In this document: in pieces, positions 59,585 through 64,000 of the stretch
Position numbering within the stretch: the stretch's first letter is position 1
Layout of the letters: each line of letters begins with the position of its first letter
Assembly: GCA_035717205.1 (NCBI GenBank)
Contig: DASTIW010000006.1
Span: forward strand, 1,417-65,416
Length of the DNA: 64,000 bases
Direction: 5' to 3'
Source: Propionibacteriaceae bacterium
GTDB lineage: Bacteria; Actinomycetota; Actinomycetes; Propionibacteriales; Propionibacteriaceae
Notes under the pieces: generated by a model
What the model saw: only the letters and a program-made list of their open reading frames with translations
The model's database searches: none
Told to the model about the DNA's origin: nothing
Program-made: the position numbers and the translations under genes

Positions 59585-60607
59585 ACCGATAGCAACGCTG
59601 CCGAGGCAACCACGACGAGTCCAGGCGTCAGCGTGGTGATGCCGGTGCTCAACGAGGAACGGCATCTTCGGGCGGCCGTTCGCCAGGTTCTGGACCAGCA
59701 CTACCCCGGCGAGCTCGAGGTGATCATGGCCGTCGGTCCCAGCCACGACCGGACAGCCGAGATCGCCGCCGAGCTGGCGGCCGCGGACGACCGGCTGCGC
59801 GTGGTCGACAACCCCGCCGGCCGGACCCCCCACGCGCTGAACCTGGCCGTTGCCGCGGCCCGGCACGACATCATCGTGCGGGTGGACGGGCATGGGGAGC
59901 TCACCGCCGGCTACATCGCCAAAGCGGTGGACCTGCTCCGATCTACCGGGGCGGCGAACGTGGGCGGCGTGATGGACGCGCAGGGGAGCAGCCCGTTCGA
60001 GGAGGCGGTGGCCTGCGCCTATACCAGCCGACTGGGTCTGGGCGGTTCCACGTTCCATCTGGCCGAGTCCCCGGAGGGACCGGCCGACACAGTCTTCCTC
60101 GGCGTCTTTCGCAAGGAGGCGCTGGATGCTGTCGGAGGATTCGATGAGTCCATGCATCGCGCCCAGGACTGGGAACTCAACTACCGGCTGCGCCGAGCCG
60201 GCCATGCAGTCTGGTTCTCACCGGAGCTGAAAGTCACCTACCGCCCGAGATCCACCTTGAAAGCGCTGGCCCAGCAGATGTACGAGACCGGCAAGTGGCG
60301 GCGTGAGGTAGTCCGGCGACACCCGGAAACGGCGAACAAGCGCTATCTGGCGCCGCCGCTGGCCGTGGTGGGCATCGTGGCCGGCACCACAGCCGGACTG
60401 CTGGGGATGGCGACCCGCACAACGTGGCTGCGCGTCGGCTTTGCTGCCCCGGCGGGATATCTGGCCGTGCTTGCGGTGGCAACCGTGACGGCCCCACCCA
60501 CCGTGGCGCCGGCTGCCCGGGGCTGGCTGCCGGCGGTTCTCGCGGCCATGCACATGTCGTGGGGCGCCGGCTTCCTGGTGGGGCTTCGGCATCCACGGCG
60601 TCGCTAG
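59582..60607 (+). CDS. Glycosyltransferase family 2 (ExoA-like)
   Basis: VSVVMPVLNEE, ALNLA, VRVDGH, GGFDE...QDWELNYR, C-terminal TM region. Confidence 0.92.
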   Translation: MTDSNAAEATTTSPGVSVVMPVLNEERHLRAAVRQVLDQHYPGELEVIMAVGPSHDRTAEIAAELAAADDRLRVVDNPAGRTPHALNLAVAAARHDIIVRVDGHGELTAGYIAKAVDLLRSTGAANVGGVMDAQGSSPFEEAVACAYTSRLGLGGSTFHLAESPEGPADTVFLGVFRKEALDAVGGFDESMHRAQDWELNYRLRRAGHAVWFSPELKVTYRPRSTLKALAQQMYETGKWRREVVRRHPETANKRYLAPPLAVVGIVAGTTAGLLGMATRTTWLRVGFAAPAGYLAVLAVATVTAPPTVAPAARGWLPAVLAAMHMSWGAGFLVGLRHPRRR

Positions 60608-60670
60608 GTGGTCTCGTCGGCGAACCGCGTTCCAGCTCTCCCATGAGCGGGAAGGAGATGTCTTCACGGC

Positions 60671-60700
60671 TTGACTTAATGTCTTTACAAACTCTAGGAT
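60671..60700 (+). promoter_or_regulatory. Sigma70-type promoter with an IolR-like operator in the spacer
   Basis: TTGACT 60671-60676, 18-nt spacer, TAGGAT 60695-60700; TGTCTTTACAAA 60680-60691. Confidence 0.7.
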
Positions 60701-60726
60701 GAGTCATCGACCTAGAAAGGAACACC

Positions 60727-61116
60727 ATGCCGCTCGTTCGCATCGACGTACAGCAGGGCCGGACGGCCGAGGAGCTTCGCGGGATCGCCGACACCGTCCA
60801 CGATGTGATGCTTGACGTCTTCGCAGCACCCCCCGGCGACCGCTACCAGATCATCACCGAGCATCCAGTCGGCCACATCATCGCCGAGGACACCGGTCTC
60901 GGCTTCAGTCGCACCGATGGCGTGACTGTCATCCAGATCTTCCAGCAGGGTCGCAGCGAGGCTCAGAAGAAGGCGACCTATGCGGCCCTGGCTGAACGAC
61001 TCGAGTCGAAGTGCGGCATCCTGGCGACAGATCTGGTCGTCTCGGTCATTGGTAACCAACGCGAGGACTGGTCGTTCGGTCTCGGCCGCGCTCAGTTCCT
61101 AGAGGGCGACTTGTGA
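60727..61116 (+). CDS. Tautomerase-superfamily protein, malonate semialdehyde decarboxylase (MSAD/IolK)-like
   Basis: Pro1, DRYQ (Asp37), EDTGLG, Gln73/Arg75, WSFGLGRAQFLEGDL. Confidence 0.85.
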   Translation: MPLVRIDVQQGRTAEELRGIADTVHDVMLDVFAAPPGDRYQIITEHPVGHIIAEDTGLGFSRTDGVTVIQIFQQGRSEAQKKATYAALAERLESKCGILATDLVVSVIGNQREDWSFGLGRAQFLEGDL

Positions 61117-61139
61117 CCGGATCCACAGCCATGGCATTT

Positions 61140-61183
61140 TGTCATTACAAAGCATTGACTCGGAGTGTTCCAGGGTCTAGCGT
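61140..61183 (+). promoter_or_regulatory. iol operon promoter with an upstream IolR-like operator
   Basis: TGTCATTACAAA 61140-61151; TTGACT 61155-61160; 17-nt spacer; TAGCGT 61178-61183. Confidence 0.7.
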
Positions 61184-61246
61184 TCCCTCTGTGGCCGACG
61201 GAGCCGACCCGGCCATCAACCATCGAAGAAGGCTCAAGGGAGAGAT

Positions 61247-62257
61247 ATGAGCAGCGCGACTGCCCCCATCAACTCAAGCGAGCTGGAGGTACTCACCTTC
61301 GGTCGCAGCGGTGTCGACATCTACCCGCAGCAGATCGGCGTCGGGCTGGAGGACGTGCAGACCTTCGGCAAGTTCCTCGGCGGCACCACCGCGAATGTGG
61401 CGGTGGCAGCAGCGCGCCTGGGTCGTCGTGCGGCGATCATCACGGGCGTGGGCAACGACCCGTTCGGCCGTTTCGTCCGGCGGGCCCTGCTCGACCTTGG
61501 AGTCGACGACAGCCACGTAGTGGTGAACACCGAGTTCCAGACGCCGGTGACCTTCTGCGAGATCTTCCCGCCCGATGACTTCCCGCTGTGGTTCTACCGG
61601 AAGCCGACAGCGCCCGACCTCCAGGTCAAGCCCTCGGACATCGACTTCGACGCCGTCCGGGGCACCCAGCTGATGTGGCTGTCGGTCACCGGCCTCAGCG
61701 AGGAGCCCAGCCGCGAGTCGCATTTCGCCGTACTCGAGGCGCGCGGACGGAAACCCTTCACGGTTTTGGACCTGGACTATCGTCCGATGTTCTGGGACAC
61801 CCCCGCGCATGCCACCGAGCAGGTACGCAAGGCGCTGCCGTACGTCACGGTCGCTGTCGGCAACCGCGAAGAGTGTGAGGTGGCGGTTGGCGAGACCGTG
61901 CCGGAGAAGGCTGCGGACGCGTTGCTGGACGCCGGCGTCGAGCTCGCCGTGGTGAAGCAGGGACCGAAAGGCGTGCTTGCCAAGACCCGCACCGAGCGAG
62001 TCGAGTCACCCCCCATCATGATCAAACCATTGAACGGGCTGGGCGCCGGAGACAGCTTCGGCGGGTCGCTTGCCCATGGTCTGCTGGCCGGCTGGCCATT
62101 GGAGAAGGTGCTTCGCAATGCCAACGCAGCGGGGGCGATTGTGGCCTCGCGGTTGGAGTGTTCCACAGCCATGCCGACCGAGGCCGAGATCGACCTCTTG
62201 ATCGCTGGCGGCGATCCGAACGCCGAGCTGACACCTGCCGGTGCGGAGGTTCGATGA
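61247..62257 (+). CDS. iolC: 5-dehydro-2-deoxygluconokinase
   Basis: GRSGVDIYP, KFLGGTTANVAVAAARLG, FPPDDFPLWFYR, DLDYRPMFW, NGLGAGDSFG. Confidence 0.94.
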   Translation: MSSATAPINSSELEVLTFGRSGVDIYPQQIGVGLEDVQTFGKFLGGTTANVAVAAARLGRRAAIITGVGNDPFGRFVRRALLDLGVDDSHVVVNTEFQTPVTFCEIFPPDDFPLWFYRKPTAPDLQVKPSDIDFDAVRGTQLMWLSVTGLSEEPSRESHFAVLEARGRKPFTVLDLDYRPMFWDTPAHATEQVRKALPYVTVAVGNREECEVAVGETVPEKAADALLDAGVELAVVKQGPKGVLAKTRTERVESPPIMIKPLNGLGAGDSFGGSLAHGLLAGWPLEKVLRNANAAGAIVASRLECSTAMPTEAEIDLLIAGGDPNAELTPAGAEVR

Positions 62258-63156
62258 TCATGTCGAAGGCTCACCCTGACTTCGTGTCAGACATCTCCGA
62301 GATCAACGACGTTCGGCTGCGCGAGCCGGGCCGGATCAAGAAGCTGCTGGCCTCTCGCAAGCGGCGGCCGCTGATCGGCGACGACGGCCGGTTGATGATC
62401 GTCGCTTGCGACCACCCGGCGCGTGGCGCGCTCGGTGCGACCGGAAAGCCGACCGCCATGGCCAGTCGCACCGAGCTGCTCGCCCGGCTGGTCACCGCGC
62501 TGTCGCGTCCGGGCGTGGACGGGTTGCTCGCGACAGCCGACATCATCGAGGACCTGGTGCTTCTCGGGGCACTCGAGGGCAAGGTGGTCTTCTCGTCGAT
62601 GAACCGCGGTGGTCTGCAGGGCGCGATGTTCGAGATGGACGACCGGTTTACCGGGTACGACGTCCAGGGCACCATCGAGGCCGGCTGCGACGGCGCCAAG
62701 ATGCTGACCCGGATCGACCTGGACGACCCGGGAACCGTGGCGACGCTCGAGGCCTGCGGACGCGCCATGACCGAGCTCAACCGTGCCGAGCTGATCGCAT
62801 TGGTGGAGCCGTTCATGTCCAGCCGGGTGAACGGCAAGGTGGTCAACGACCTGAGCGCCGATGCGGTGATCAAGTCCGTGCACATTGCGCAGGGCATGGG
62901 CTCCTCGACCGCCTACACCTGGATGAAGCTGCCGGTCGTGGACGAGATGGAGCGGGTGATGGACTCGACCACCTTGCCGACACTGCTCCTCGGGGGCGAT
63001 CCCGACGCGGCGTCGGCGGAGGACACCTATGCGTCCTGGCGGGCGGCGTTGCAGCTTCCCTCGGTACGTGGACTCGTGGTTGGCCGCACGCTGCTGTACC
63101 CCGCTGATGACGACGTGGCCGGGGCAGTCGACACCGCTGTCTCGTTGGTGCGGTGA
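62254..63156 (+). CDS. DeoC/FbaB-like class I aldolase of actinobacterial iol operons (probable DKGP aldolase)
   Basis: ACDHPARG, SMNRGGL, GAKML, ALVEPF, WMKLP, LLLGGD, VVGRTLLYP; lies between iolC and iolB. Confidence 0.82.
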   Translation: MIMSKAHPDFVSDISEINDVRLREPGRIKKLLASRKRRPLIGDDGRLMIVACDHPARGALGATGKPTAMASRTELLARLVTALSRPGVDGLLATADIIEDLVLLGALEGKVVFSSMNRGGLQGAMFEMDDRFTGYDVQGTIEAGCDGAKMLTRIDLDDPGTVATLEACGRAMTELNRAELIALVEPFMSSRVNGKVVNDLSADAVIKSVHIAQGMGSSTAYTWMKLPVVDEMERVMDSTTLPTLLLGGDPDAASAEDTYASWRAALQLPSVRGLVVGRTLLYPADDDVAGAVDTAVSLVR

Positions 63157-63170
63157 GACCGGTGGGCGAA

Positions 63171-64000
63171 ATGGATGGGCTCTACCTCCCGGCGGGCGGC
63201 GCCGGGACCTCCGACTACGACCTCGAGATCACCCAGAAGTCGGCCGGCTGGGGCTACTCCAGCCTGCGGATCGTCAGCCTGCTGCCGGCTGGCACCCATC
63301 GCTTCCACACCGAGTCCGATGAGGTCATCGTGGTGCCGCTCGAGGGTTCTGCCACTGTCGAGGTGGACGGCTCCTTCGTCGATCTGGATGGCCGCCTGAA
63401 CGTGTTCGCCGGGCCGACAGACTTCGCGTACCTGCCGATTGACAGCCTGGTGACCATCAGCGCAGCAGGGGGAGGACGGTTCGCGCTGGCCGGTGCCCGA
63501 ACGGATCAGAAGCTGCCGCTGCGCTACGGGCCGGTGCAGAACGTGCCGGTCGAGCAGCGAGGGGCGGGACAGTGCAGCCGTCAGGTACGAAACTTCGCCA
63601 CGCCCGAGGCGTTCGAGGCTGGCAAGATCATCGCGTGTGAGGTGATCACCCCCGGCGGCAACTGGTCCTCCTATCCGGCGCACAAGCATGACGAGCAGAC
63701 CGACACCGAGGCTGAGCTGGAGGAGATCTACTACTTCGAGATTGCGAGCGGCCCGAACGGCGAGCCCGGCTTCGGCTTCCACCGGACATCCTCCTCACCA
63801 GGCAAGGACATCGACATCCTGGCCGAGGTCCACGACCGCGACGCCGTCTTGGTGCCGTACGGCTGGCATGGGCCGTGTGTCGCCGCGCCGGGCTTCGACA
63901 TGTACTACCTGAACGTGATGGCGGGTCCCGGCGATGAGCGGGCTTGGCTGATCTCCGACCACCCCGACCAGGGATGGGTGCGCGGCACCTGGGCCTCTCA
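63171..64000 (+). CDS. iolB: 5-deoxy-glucuronate isomerase, truncated by the window end (start may be GTG 63153)
   Basis: GWGYSSLRI, EVITPGGNWSSYPAHKHD, ELEEIYYF, LVPYGWHGP, MYYLNVMAGP. Confidence 0.93.
   Translation, partial: MDGLYLPAGGAGTSDYDLEITQKSAGWGYSSLRIVSLLPAGTHRFHTESDEVIVVPLEGSATVEVDGSFVDLDGRLNVFAGPTDFAYLPIDSLVTISAAGGGRFALAGARTDQKLPLRYGPVQNVPVEQRGAGQCSRQVRNFATPEAFEAGKIIACEVITPGGNWSSYPAHKHDEQTDTEAELEEIYYFEIASGPNGEPGFGFHRTSSSPGKDIDILAEVHDRDAVLVPYGWHGPCVAAPGFDMYYLNVMAGPGDERAWLISDHPDQGWVRGTWAS

Overview
A GC-rich actinobacterial chromosomal window (probably a non-mycolata soil actinobacterium such as Propionibacteriales; inference only). A conserved backbone runs through it: add, pmm, punA, GGCT, lpdA, accA3, maf, accE, accD5, birA, PH-domain gene, gtrA, purK, purE, fadE25-like, LCP gene. 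This is the order I recall for M. tuberculosis Rv3313c-Rv3267. Several accessory blocks interrupt it. (1) A 10.5-kb glycan cluster at 2514-13052 encodes a complete GmhA/HldE/GmhB nucleotide-heptose pathway, two GT9 heptosyltransferase-family enzymes, a GT4-UXS fusion, a GT2-GmhB fusion, an O-carbamoyltransferase and an SDR, in a lineage that makes no LPS. (2) A doubly frameshifted AbiEi-wHTH/DUF559-like nuclease gene is bracketed by two 60-nt structured direct repeats with a compensatory base-pair change (29965-31140). (3) A ubiA-dprE1-dprE2 decaprenyl-phospho-arabinose module. (4) An arabinoside-utilisation locus has LacI-type operators and two GH51 paralogues, one broken by a single in-frame TAG. 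(5) A myo-inositol (iol) operon is preceded by a malonate-semialdehyde-decarboxylase-like tautomerase that shares an operator-like motif with it. There are several in-frame VNTRs. I saw no rRNA, tRNA, CRISPR array, transposase or integrase. All calls come from motif recognition by eye; no database search was run.
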